Of a DNA stretch of 38,821 bases, positions 17,221-24,349 are shown piece after piece. A program made the translations under genes and the position numbers. Each line of letters starts with the position of its first letter. Position 1 is the first letter of the stretch. The DNA is from an uncultured archaeon. GTDB taxonomy: Archaea; Halobacteriota; Archaeoglobi; Archaeoglobales; Archaeoglobaceae. Location: positions 1 through 38,821 of the forward strand of contig CAZQJR010000016.1 of NCBI GenBank assembly GCA_964592825.1. The letters are read 5' to 3'. The notes below the pieces were generated by a model. The model saw only the letters and a program-made list of their open reading frames with translations, was not told where the DNA came from and made no database searches.

Positions 17221-17241
17221 TTTTACCAGGTTTTTACCAGG
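17221..17241 (-). promoter_or_regulatory. Tandem direct repeat TTTTACCAGG x2 (offset 11 nt) immediately upstream of the AbrB-like ORF; candidate operator
   Basis: Copies at 17221..17230 and 17232..17241 are identical. On the coding strand they read CCTGGTAAAA-A-CCTGGTAAAA-TT-ATG. Each copy contains CCAGG/CCTGG. Confidence 0.45.
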
Positions 17242-17281
17242 TTAATAAATTTTTTGAAAATAAAAAACATTAAAAATATAA

Positions 17282-18037
17282 TTATTTAAGTTTTGTTTTA
17301 TTTAAAAATTTAGAAAGATCATTTGGTAAATCTGAAAGTTTTCTAAAAATACCTTTAAATTTTTCTTCTAATTCGTTTTTATACTTTTCATAAAGCACAT
17401 CTGGTATGTATACTCTTTTCATACCTCTTTCTACCATGTCTTTTGCCTTATTCGGCGTAAAATCTTTATCTGGTTTAATTAACACGAAAGCTGCGTTTGG
17501 AAACTTCTTGAAGATATCTATATCCTCAGACCACCTTTCTCTCAAAGTTCTCTTAACTGCTATAGCTACACATCTGCTGGCATCATATGTGATCGCTCTG
17601 TCACTAGGTACAGTTATGTCTGGACGGTAGCCTTCCACTTTAATATTTGAAATCTCACACTCAACTCCAGCGTCACTTAGAGCCTTCTGTAGTATTAATT
17701 CAACCGTTCTTCCTGCCCTACTTCTTCGAGTATTGGCTATACTCGTTACAAGACTATTATCAATAATTTGTTCTATAACATCAATAACATTTTTATTTAT
17801 TAAATTTCTTTCTTCTAAATATTTCCTTATCGCTTTACGCTCATATTCTCTGTATAATTCATCAGCCACCTCTTCTATCTCGTTTACGACTTCTGAAAAT
17901 GATTTTATTTCGAGTAACTCCTTAATGCTACTCTTTTTGTGACGCTTCAATACAATTGTAATGGCTTCATTCACGATTTTCTTTATTTCTGGGATATCAA
18001 GTTTACCCATGCTGATTACTTCAAAATTTAAAGTCAC
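17282..18037 (-). CDS. Putative type II restriction endonuclease (PD-(D/E)XK-like core)
   Basis: TRRSRAGRTVELIL, then GYRPDITVP (PD) and, about 21 residues on, VAIAVKRTLRERWSED (xVK followed by acidic residues). It has a helical acidic N-terminal domain and very low G+C, and sits in an operon with a DNA MTase. Assigned by motif and context only. Confidence 0.5.
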   Translation of the reverse strand: MTLNFEVISMGKLDIPEIKKIVNEAITIVLKRHKKSSIKELLEIKSFSEVVNEIEEVADELYREYERKAIRKYLEERNLINKNVIDVIEQIIDNSLVTSIANTRRSRAGRTVELILQKALSDAGVECEISNIKVEGYRPDITVPSDRAITYDASRCVAIAVKRTLRERWSEDIDIFKKFPNAAFVLIKPDKDFTPNKAKDMVERGMKRVYIPDVLYEKYKNELEEKFKGIFRKLSDLPNDLSKFLNKTKLK

Positions 18038-18084
18038 TTATGTGTTTTTCGTTTACGAAAGTTATTTAATTTAGTTTAGATATT

Positions 18085-18102
18085 TTTAAATATTTTAAAT
18101 AT
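18085..18102. promoter_or_regulatory. Tandem duplicated TATA-like element TTTAAATAT x2 upstream of the putative nuclease gene
   Basis: 18085..18093 and 18094..18102 are identical, lying about 48-65 nt upstream of ATG 18037 (minus strand). The spacer is AT-rich. Confidence 0.35.
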
Positions 18103-18229
18103 AAATTGTAATACGAATGAAGATTTAAATGATTTTAGACTTGCTTAAGTATTTCGAATTTACCATGGGAATTAATGCATGGATCGGCTTATCGTTAACG
18201 CTTAATAGCTTGCAATGAAATCATAGGCC

Positions 18230-19093
18230 ATGAAGTGGAACGTCTGGTTCGGTGAGGTCGTTGAAGAAGATGGAAAGCTGATCGCCAAGAAATCGAACGA
18301 TCTTGTTGAGTCCTTCAAGAATGCTTCGAATCCTGAACCTCTCCCGTTCAACATCCCCGAAGTTGGGCTTCAGGTTTTCGATTCGCTCGAAGATTATTAC
18401 AAAACCCTTCGTAAGATCGCTCTAAAGGTAACTTCAGAGAAGGTCGAGAGGGAGCTCAAGAGGGAGGACAGATACGTAATTCTACTGCTCAAAGCCTTGG
18501 ACAAGCTGAACGAAAGCATAAACATGCTTGAGGAGAAGCTGAGGGACATAGAGGAAGTCAAGATAAGCGATACCACGGAGGACTTCAGGGAGAGAATCGA
18601 GGAGCTCAAGAGGTTGAGGAGGAGGATAGAAAAGGAGATAGAGGATGTCATAACCAAGATCGCACCCAACCTGACGGAGATAGCTGGAGCTGTGATAGCT
18701 GCAAGGCTGCTCGAGAAGGCCGGAAGCTTGGAGAGGCTTGCTTTCTTGCCGGCAAGCAAGATCCAGATCTTGGGTGCGGAGAAGAGCTTATACAAGGCTT
18801 TGGCGAGGATGAGAAAGGGCAAACCCGCCAAAACTCCCAAGCACGGTATTATCTTCATACATCCGTTCATAAGGACTCTGCCTAAGAGGAAGAGGGGTAA
18901 GATGGCGAGGTTCATGGCCGCGAAGCTTGCGATCGCCGCAAAGCTCGATTACTTCAAGGGAGAGTTGGATGAAAGCCTCGCGGAGGCGGTTAGGAAGAAG
19001 TACGAGGAACTGAGAAGGATGAAGGAGGATAAGAAGGAGGAGAGAAAGGAGGAAAGACCGAAGAGGAAGAAGAAAAAGCCTAAGAGGAAGTGA
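18230..19093 (+). CDS. nop5: C/D box snoRNP protein Nop5 (Nop56/58 homologue)
   Basis: NOP domain LAFLPASKIQILGAEKSLYKAL....KTPKHGIIFIHPFI. Lys/Glu-rich C-terminal tail. Immediately precedes fibrillarin. Confidence 0.88.
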   Translation: MKWNVWFGEVVEEDGKLIAKKSNDLVESFKNASNPEPLPFNIPEVGLQVFDSLEDYYKTLRKIALKVTSEKVERELKREDRYVILLLKALDKLNESINMLEEKLRDIEEVKISDTTEDFRERIEELKRLRRRIEKEIEDVITKIAPNLTEIAGAVIAARLLEKAGSLERLAFLPASKIQILGAEKSLYKALARMRKGKPAKTPKHGIIFIHPFIRTLPKRKRGKMARFMAAKLAIAAKLDYFKGELDESLAEAVRKKYEELRRMKEDKKEERKEERPKRKKKKPKRK

Positions 19094-19131
19094 GAGATAA
19101 CGTTTTTAAGCGTGGAGGGGTGTTTTGAACG

Positions 19132-19776
19132 ATGAAAGAGATAATCCACAACGTCTACATAATGGAGAGGGAGGGAAAGGAAGTACTCGTCACCAAGAGC
19201 AGGTACGGATCCCATTACGGTGAGAGGAAGATAGGAGAGTTTAGGGAGTGGATACCTTCGAGGAGCAAGCTCGCAGCGATGATACTCAAGGGGCACGTCA
19301 TCGACATAAAACCCGACTGGAAGGTTCTCTACTTGGGCGCCGCGAGCGGAACGACGGTCAGCCACCTCGCGGACATAGTGGAGGAGGGGATAATATACGC
19401 GGTGGAGTATTCCGCGAAGCCGTTCGTAAAGTTCCTTCAGCTTGCCGAGGAGAGGAGGAACATAATCCCTCTGCTCGAAGACGCGTCGACCCCTTGGAAG
19501 TATAACGGGATCGTGGAGAAGGTCGACTTCGTTTACCAAGACATAGCCCAGAAGAACCAGATTGAGATATTCTTCGCGAACGTGGACATGTTCCTGAAGG
19601 ACGGCGGGGAGGGGATTATAATGGTCAAGGCGAGGAGCATAGACTCCACCGCCGAACCGGAGGAGGTCTTCGACAGGGTGGTGGAGGAGCTCGGTAGCAG
19701 AATGGAGGTGGTAGCACACGGATCCCTCGAACCTTTCCATAAGGATCATATTTACGTTCACGTTAGGAAGGTGTAA
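19132..19776 (+). CDS. flpA: Fibrillarin-like rRNA/tRNA 2'-O-methyltransferase
   Basis: VLYLGAASGTTVSHLADIV AdoMet motif and RNIIPLLEDA. 214 aa, in the conserved nop5-flpA pair. Confidence 0.9.
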   Translation: MKEIIHNVYIMEREGKEVLVTKSRYGSHYGERKIGEFREWIPSRSKLAAMILKGHVIDIKPDWKVLYLGAASGTTVSHLADIVEEGIIYAVEYSAKPFVKFLQLAEERRNIIPLLEDASTPWKYNGIVEKVDFVYQDIAQKNQIEIFFANVDMFLKDGGEGIIMVKARSIDSTAEPEEVFDRVVEELGSRMEVVAHGSLEPFHKDHIYVHVRKV

Positions 19777-19811
19777 TATAGTCGTGTGATAACGTTTGTG
19801 AAGGTGATCGA

Positions 19812-21311
19812 ATGCGGGAGGTTAAGGTATTCGATACCACGCTGAGGGACGGTGAGCAAACTCCGGGCGTTTCTCTTCCGGTCGGATACAAGATCCAGAT
19901 AGCCAAACAGCTCGACAAGCTCGGAGTGGACGTAATAGAGGCGGGTTTTCCCTCGGCATCGAAGGGCGAGTTCGAGGCGGTGAAGGAGATAGCCAACTTG
20001 GGATTGAACGCCAAGATCTGCGGGCTCGCGAGGATGGTCAAGGGGGATATCGACGCAGCCATCAAGGCGGACGTTGACATGGTTCACATATTCATCCCGA
20101 CGTCCAAGATTCAGGTGGAGCACACTATAAAGAAGAGTAGGGAGGAGATAATCGAAATCAGCGTCGAATGCGTGGAATACGTTAAGAGTCACGGAGTAGA
20201 ATGTATGTTCTCCGCAATGGATGCGACGAGGACGGAGATGGATTACCTCAAGAGGATATACAAGGCTGTGGAGGAGGCTGGAGTGGATATAGTCAACGTA
20301 CCCGACACCGTAGGCGTGGCGACCCCCTTCAGGTTCCACGACATGATCAAGGAGCTGAGGGAGCATCTGAAGGTTCCCATAGATGTCCACTGCCACAACG
20401 ATTTCGGATTGGCTACTGCAAACACATACGCTGCGGTTTTGGCTGGAGCGAACGAAGTTCAGGTTACCGTAAACGGAATCGGCGAAAGGGCGGGGAACGC
20501 GGCGCTCGAAGAGGTGGTCGCACTGCTTTATGCGGAGGGATTCAAGACGAACATCAGGATGGAGTATCTGGTGGAAACTTCTCGACTCGTGGAAAGGCTT
20601 ACGGGCGTAAGGATTCCGCCGAACAAACCGATAGTCGGAGAGAACGCCTTCAGCCACGAGAGCGGAATTCACGCCCACGGAGTGCTGAAGGACGCTAGGA
20701 CGTTCGAGCCGGGAATAATAACGCCGGAGATGGTGGGGCACAAGCGTAGGATAGTGATAGGGAAGCACGCCGGGAGGCATCAGATAAAGAAGATACTCGA
20801 GGATGCGGGATACGTCGTGGATGAGGAGAGCCTGACGAAGATAGTGGAGAAGGTGAAGGAGTTGGGCGACAAGGGTAAGAAGGTTACCGATCTCGACCTG
20901 TTCACGATCGCCGAAGTCGTGCTCGGGGAGTTGAGGAAGGAGGAGAGGGCGGTGAACTTGGAGGAGGTAACGGTGATAACGGGCAACAAGATAACGCCAA
21001 CCGCGGTGATAAACGCTGAAGTCATGGGGAACAGGAAGGTCACGTCGGCCATAGGAGTTGGACCCGTCGATGCTTCGCTGAAGGCTGTTACGGAGCTCTT
21101 GGGCAAGAAGATAAAGATAAGGGAGTTCAGGATGGACGCCATAACTGGAGGGAGCGACGCTTTGGCTGACGTTTACGTCACGATAGAGGACGAGAGCGGA
21201 GAAACGTTTACCGCGAGATCCGCCGGCACCGACATAGTCATGGCCTCAATAGATGCTGTTATAAATGCCGTGAACTATCTGATGCTTAAGAAGAGGAAGG
21301 GCAGGAGGTAG
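19812..21311 (+). CDS. 2-isopropylmalate synthase / (R)-citramalate synthase family enzyme
   Basis: VFDTTLRDGEQTPGV, HCHNDFGLATANT, and a C-terminal LeuA-dimer regulatory domain. At 499 aa it cannot be assigned to LeuA or CimA by eye. Confidence 0.88.
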   Translation: MREVKVFDTTLRDGEQTPGVSLPVGYKIQIAKQLDKLGVDVIEAGFPSASKGEFEAVKEIANLGLNAKICGLARMVKGDIDAAIKADVDMVHIFIPTSKIQVEHTIKKSREEIIEISVECVEYVKSHGVECMFSAMDATRTEMDYLKRIYKAVEEAGVDIVNVPDTVGVATPFRFHDMIKELREHLKVPIDVHCHNDFGLATANTYAAVLAGANEVQVTVNGIGERAGNAALEEVVALLYAEGFKTNIRMEYLVETSRLVERLTGVRIPPNKPIVGENAFSHESGIHAHGVLKDARTFEPGIITPEMVGHKRRIVIGKHAGRHQIKKILEDAGYVVDEESLTKIVEKVKELGDKGKKVTDLDLFTIAEVVLGELRKEERAVNLEEVTVITGNKITPTAVINAEVMGNRKVTSAIGVGPVDASLKAVTELLGKKIKIREFRMDAITGGSDALADVYVTIEDESGETFTARSAGTDIVMASIDAVINAVNYLMLKKRKGRR

Positions 21312-21314
21312 ATA

Positions 21315-21842
21315 ATGTCGCTGAAGAGGAAGATAAGCCTGTCTAAGATTCAGAAGATAAAGAAGCTCCTATCCTCCCGAAAGTCCGAAAACAGGAAGAA
21401 GATAGGTGTTCTCGTCGACGGCCCGAACATGCTCAGGAAGGAGTTCAACATAAACCTTAGCGAGATAAGGGAGATACTTTCGGAGTACGGGGACATAAAG
21501 GTTGCAAAGGTTTTTTTAAATCAATACGCGAGCGAGAAGCTCGTTGAGGCCATAGAGAATCAGGGTTTCGAACCGATAGTGACTTCGGGGGACGTGGACG
21601 TTAGGATGGCTGTTGAGGCGATGGAGCTCATATACAACGATTCCATAGACGTCCTCGCCCTCGTTACGAGGGACGCGGATTTCAAGGCGGTGCTGAAGAA
21701 GGCGATGGAGTTGGGGAAGGAAACGATAATAATAGGGGCGGAACCGGGGTTTTCAGCTGCGTTGAGGAACTCCGCTGACATAGCGATAGTTTTGAACGAG
21801 GACGATTTCGAAGAGGTGGAGGAGGAGCAGATCAGAGCATGA
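21315..21842 (+). CDS. NYN-domain (LabA/DUF88-like, predicted RNase fold) protein
   Basis: IGVLVDGPNM ... VTSGDVDVRMAVEAMELIY...DVLALVTRDADFKAVL matches the NYN/LabA acidic-residue pattern. Confidence 0.65.
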   Translation: MSLKRKISLSKIQKIKKLLSSRKSENRKKIGVLVDGPNMLRKEFNINLSEIREILSEYGDIKVAKVFLNQYASEKLVEAIENQGFEPIVTSGDVDVRMAVEAMELIYNDSIDVLALVTRDADFKAVLKKAMELGKETIIIGAEPGFSAALRNSADIAIVLNEDDFEEVEEEQIRA

Positions 21843-22771
21843 AGGTCTTCCTGTTCGAATTCGCAACTTGCTTCGGAGACCTCCCGCCGAGCGTTGCGGT
21901 CGAAGGATTGGGTATGTTCAAATCCCTTTACGAGGGTTTTGTTGAGTTCTGCGATGTCGTATCCTTTTTGGGTTTGGACGTCGATTTCGACGTTTTGTCC
22001 TTCGATTGCGACGATAAGTTCATTTGTCATCTCGAAAGGTCGGATTTCGCCTTGATAATCGCCCCCGAAACGGACTGGCAGTTGTTGAAGCTCACGAGGA
22101 TAGTGGAGGAGGTGGGCGTTCCCAATCTGGGTAGCTCGTCTAAGGCCATAGAGGTTACCTCGGACAAGTGGGAGCTCTACAGAAGGCTCAAGGGTAAGGT
22201 CAGGATGCCCAAGACCTCCCTTAGGCCGATGGATCCGCCCTTCATAGTAAAGCCGAGGGTGGGGTGCGGTGGAGAGGGGATAAGGATTGCGGACAGGGTT
22301 CCCGACGGTTACATAGCCCAAGAGTTCGTGAAGGGTATAGACCTGAGCGTTAGCCTGATCGTGGGCGACGGAGCGGACGTTTTAAGCGTGAACAGGCAGA
22401 TAATAGAGTCGTTTAGGTACGCGGGGGCGGAGGTTCCGTACGAGATGAGGGAGGATGTTATCGAAACCGCATTTAGAGTAGTCGAGGCCATAAAGGGGCT
22501 TTTCGGATACGTAGGAGTGGACGTGATACTTTCGAGCGAGGAAGTTTACGTGGTCGACGTGAACGCGAGGATAACCACGCCATCCATTCTTTTCAGGGAC
22601 GTTTACGGTATGAATCTGGCCAGAATCCTCGTAAGGAATTACGAGGGCAAAAGGGGTTTCGAACACGCTCCGAAGAGGAGGATGAGGTTGAGGAAGGTTG
22701 AGGGGAATAGGGAGAACGCTTACGTTAGCTACGGCGGTTACTCGCTAATCAAGGAGGTTTTGGATGGCTGA
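21839..22771 (+). CDS. ATP-grasp family ligase (COG2232 / MfnD tyramine-glutamate ligase-like)
   Basis: FIVKPRVGCGGEGI, IAQEFVKGIDLSVS and YVVDVNARITT are typical ATP-grasp elements. The short pre-ATP-grasp N-domain MKVFLFEFA...EGLGMFKSL resembles MfnD-type proteins. Subfamily uncertain. Confidence 0.6.
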   Translation: MKVFLFEFATCFGDLPPSVAVEGLGMFKSLYEGFVEFCDVVSFLGLDVDFDVLSFDCDDKFICHLERSDFALIIAPETDWQLLKLTRIVEEVGVPNLGSSSKAIEVTSDKWELYRRLKGKVRMPKTSLRPMDPPFIVKPRVGCGGEGIRIADRVPDGYIAQEFVKGIDLSVSLIVGDGADVLSVNRQIIESFRYAGAEVPYEMREDVIETAFRVVEAIKGLFGYVGVDVILSSEEVYVVDVNARITTPSILFRDVYGMNLARILVRNYEGKRGFEHAPKRRMRLRKVEGNRENAYVSYGGYSLIKEVLDG

Positions 22772-23387
22772 GCTCGTTCTCGCTTTGGATATGCTCGACG
22801 AGACGAGGGCTTTGGAGGTGGCGAGGGAGGTTTCGGAATACGTTTCCGCATTAAAGGTTAACTATCCCCTCGTCCTCAGCGCCGGAGTTGATGTCATCGG
22901 GAAGCTCGCGAAGATCAGGCCTGTCGTGGCGGACTTCAAGGTGGCGGACATCCCCTACACGAGTTCGCTCATAGCCAAGATAGCCTTCGAGGCCGGTGCA
23001 AAGGCGATCATAGTTCACGGATTCGCCGGAGTCGAGACCGTTAAGGCCGTCTTGGATGTTGCGGAGGAGTACGGTGGCGAGGTTTACGTCGTCACGGAGC
23101 TAACGAGTAGCGACGAGTTCTTCAGAGGTGTGGCGGATAGGATCGCAAAGATGGCGAGGGATCTGGGATGTCACGGGATAATAGCTCCCGGAAACAGACC
23201 CGAGAGGGTGAAGGAGCTTAGGAGGATCGTCGGGGGTATGAAGATCCTTTGCCCGGGTATAGGAGTTCAGGGAGGAAAAGCCGAGGCGGTCATCGACGCG
23301 GGAGCGGATGCGATTATAGTTGGAAGGAGCATATACGAGGCGGAGGATCCGAAGAAGGCGGCGGAAGAGCTTTCGAGATTGTTATGA
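22764..23387 (+). CDS. pyrF: Orotidine 5'-phosphate decarboxylase
   Basis: LVLALDMLD...ALKVNYPL...ADFKVADIPYT...GIGVQGG...IIVGRSIY are the canonical short archaeal PyrF motifs. Confidence 0.88.
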   Translation: MAELVLALDMLDETRALEVAREVSEYVSALKVNYPLVLSAGVDVIGKLAKIRPVVADFKVADIPYTSSLIAKIAFEAGAKAIIVHGFAGVETVKAVLDVAEEYGGEVYVVTELTSSDEFFRGVADRIAKMARDLGCHGIIAPGNRPERVKELRRIVGGMKILCPGIGVQGGKAEAVIDAGADAIIVGRSIYEAEDPKKAAEELSRLL

Positions 23388-24349
23388 TCGGAATATACTC
23401 GAACCTTTACTACCCAACGAGATGGGTTCCCCTCAAGAGGAGGGGATTGGGCTGGCATAGGTGTAACGAGCTCTACGAGGAGCACGAGTGCGTAGCTTCC
23501 TGCGGACTTATAGACTCCAAGCTGGAGATAGTCCTCGACATGAAGGGTTGCAACTTCGACTGCAAGTACTGCTGGTGCTGGAAGATGCGCTATCTGTCGA
23601 AGGACATCAGAAAGACTCCCGAACGAGTAGTTTCGGACGTGCTGTGCAGGATCGAGAAGACCCTCGAAGACAGGTTCGTGAGGAGGTCCAAGTACAGGTT
23701 CGGTGTGCTTAGGATAACGGGCAACGAGCCGACCTTGCAGTGGGGGCACGTCGTGGAGGTCATGAGAATCCTGAACGATTTGGACAGGCTTAGAGGGGGG
23801 TCAGTTGCGGAGGTGGCGAGGGGGTTGAAGCTTATAATCGAAACGAACGGCGTCCTCTTAAACGAGATCGATCTCGATCCCCTCCTCGATCTCGACCTGA
23901 CGATCGATTTCGACGTATCCTTCAAAGGCGTGAACCCTATTCAGTTCGAGTGGCTTTCCGATAGGCCGAGAAAGCTCTTCGAAAGACAGATCGAAGGATT
24001 CGTCAGAGCCTTCGACTTCGCGGAATCTAACGGGCTCGATAACGTGAGGGTCAACCCTGTTCTGGGCATAAACCACGCACCCAACTACGTCGTTTGGAGG
24101 AGGGGGAGGAGGTACGTCATGGACGTCGAGATAGTCGACAGGAAGGGTGAGAGGATAGACTTCTACGATTGTTCTAAGGAGTTCGAGGAGGAAGTTTTAA
24201 GTAGGAGAAATTTGAGATACGACGAGGCACCGTTTCGCGAATACTTCGGTATAAACAGAGATAGGGCGAGAAAGGTCGTCGCCGTTATATACGAAGGGAA
24301 GAGGTACCTCCACGTTCTCCCTTCCGAGATACCCGATCTGGTGGGATGA
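23384..24349 (+). CDS. Uncharacterised radical SAM protein
   Basis: ATG 23384 overlaps the pyrF stop (ATGA). CNFDCKYCW is the CX3CX2C cluster motif. ITGNEPTL resembles the GGE motif. There are extra N-terminal cysteines (CNELYEEHECVASC). No subfamily recognised. Confidence 0.6.
   Translation: MIGIYSNLYYPTRWVPLKRRGLGWHRCNELYEEHECVASCGLIDSKLEIVLDMKGCNFDCKYCWCWKMRYLSKDIRKTPERVVSDVLCRIEKTLEDRFVRRSKYRFGVLRITGNEPTLQWGHVVEVMRILNDLDRLRGGSVAEVARGLKLIIETNGVLLNEIDLDPLLDLDLTIDFDVSFKGVNPIQFEWLSDRPRKLFERQIEGFVRAFDFAESNGLDNVRVNPVLGINHAPNYVVWRRGRRYVMDVEIVDRKGERIDFYDCSKEFEEEVLSRRNLRYDEAPFREYFGINRDRARKVVAVIYEGKRYLHVLPSEIPDLVG

Noticed and set aside
18949-20780. Two long minus-strand ORFs (270 aa and 340 aa) opposite fibrillarin and the isopropylmalate/citramalate synthase gene
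   Set aside because: They are antisense shadows of strongly recognisable genes. The translations are His/Arg/Leu/Tyr-rich with no motifs. Long antisense ORFs are expected where the sense strand is purine-rich (AGG/GAG).
21560-22321. 253-aa minus-strand ORF across the NYN/ATP-grasp junction, and similar antisense ORFs at 3408..3863, 5794..6300, 6048..6557, 29488..30291, 31568..32170, 32023..32574 and 36298..36858
   Set aside because: All lie opposite genes with clear family motifs and show compositionally biased, motif-free translations.
23249-23383. Upstream extension of the radical SAM ORF
   Set aside because: It overlaps the 3' end of pyrF in another frame (Gly/Arg-rich). ATG 23384 with an ATGA overlap fits the operon pattern.
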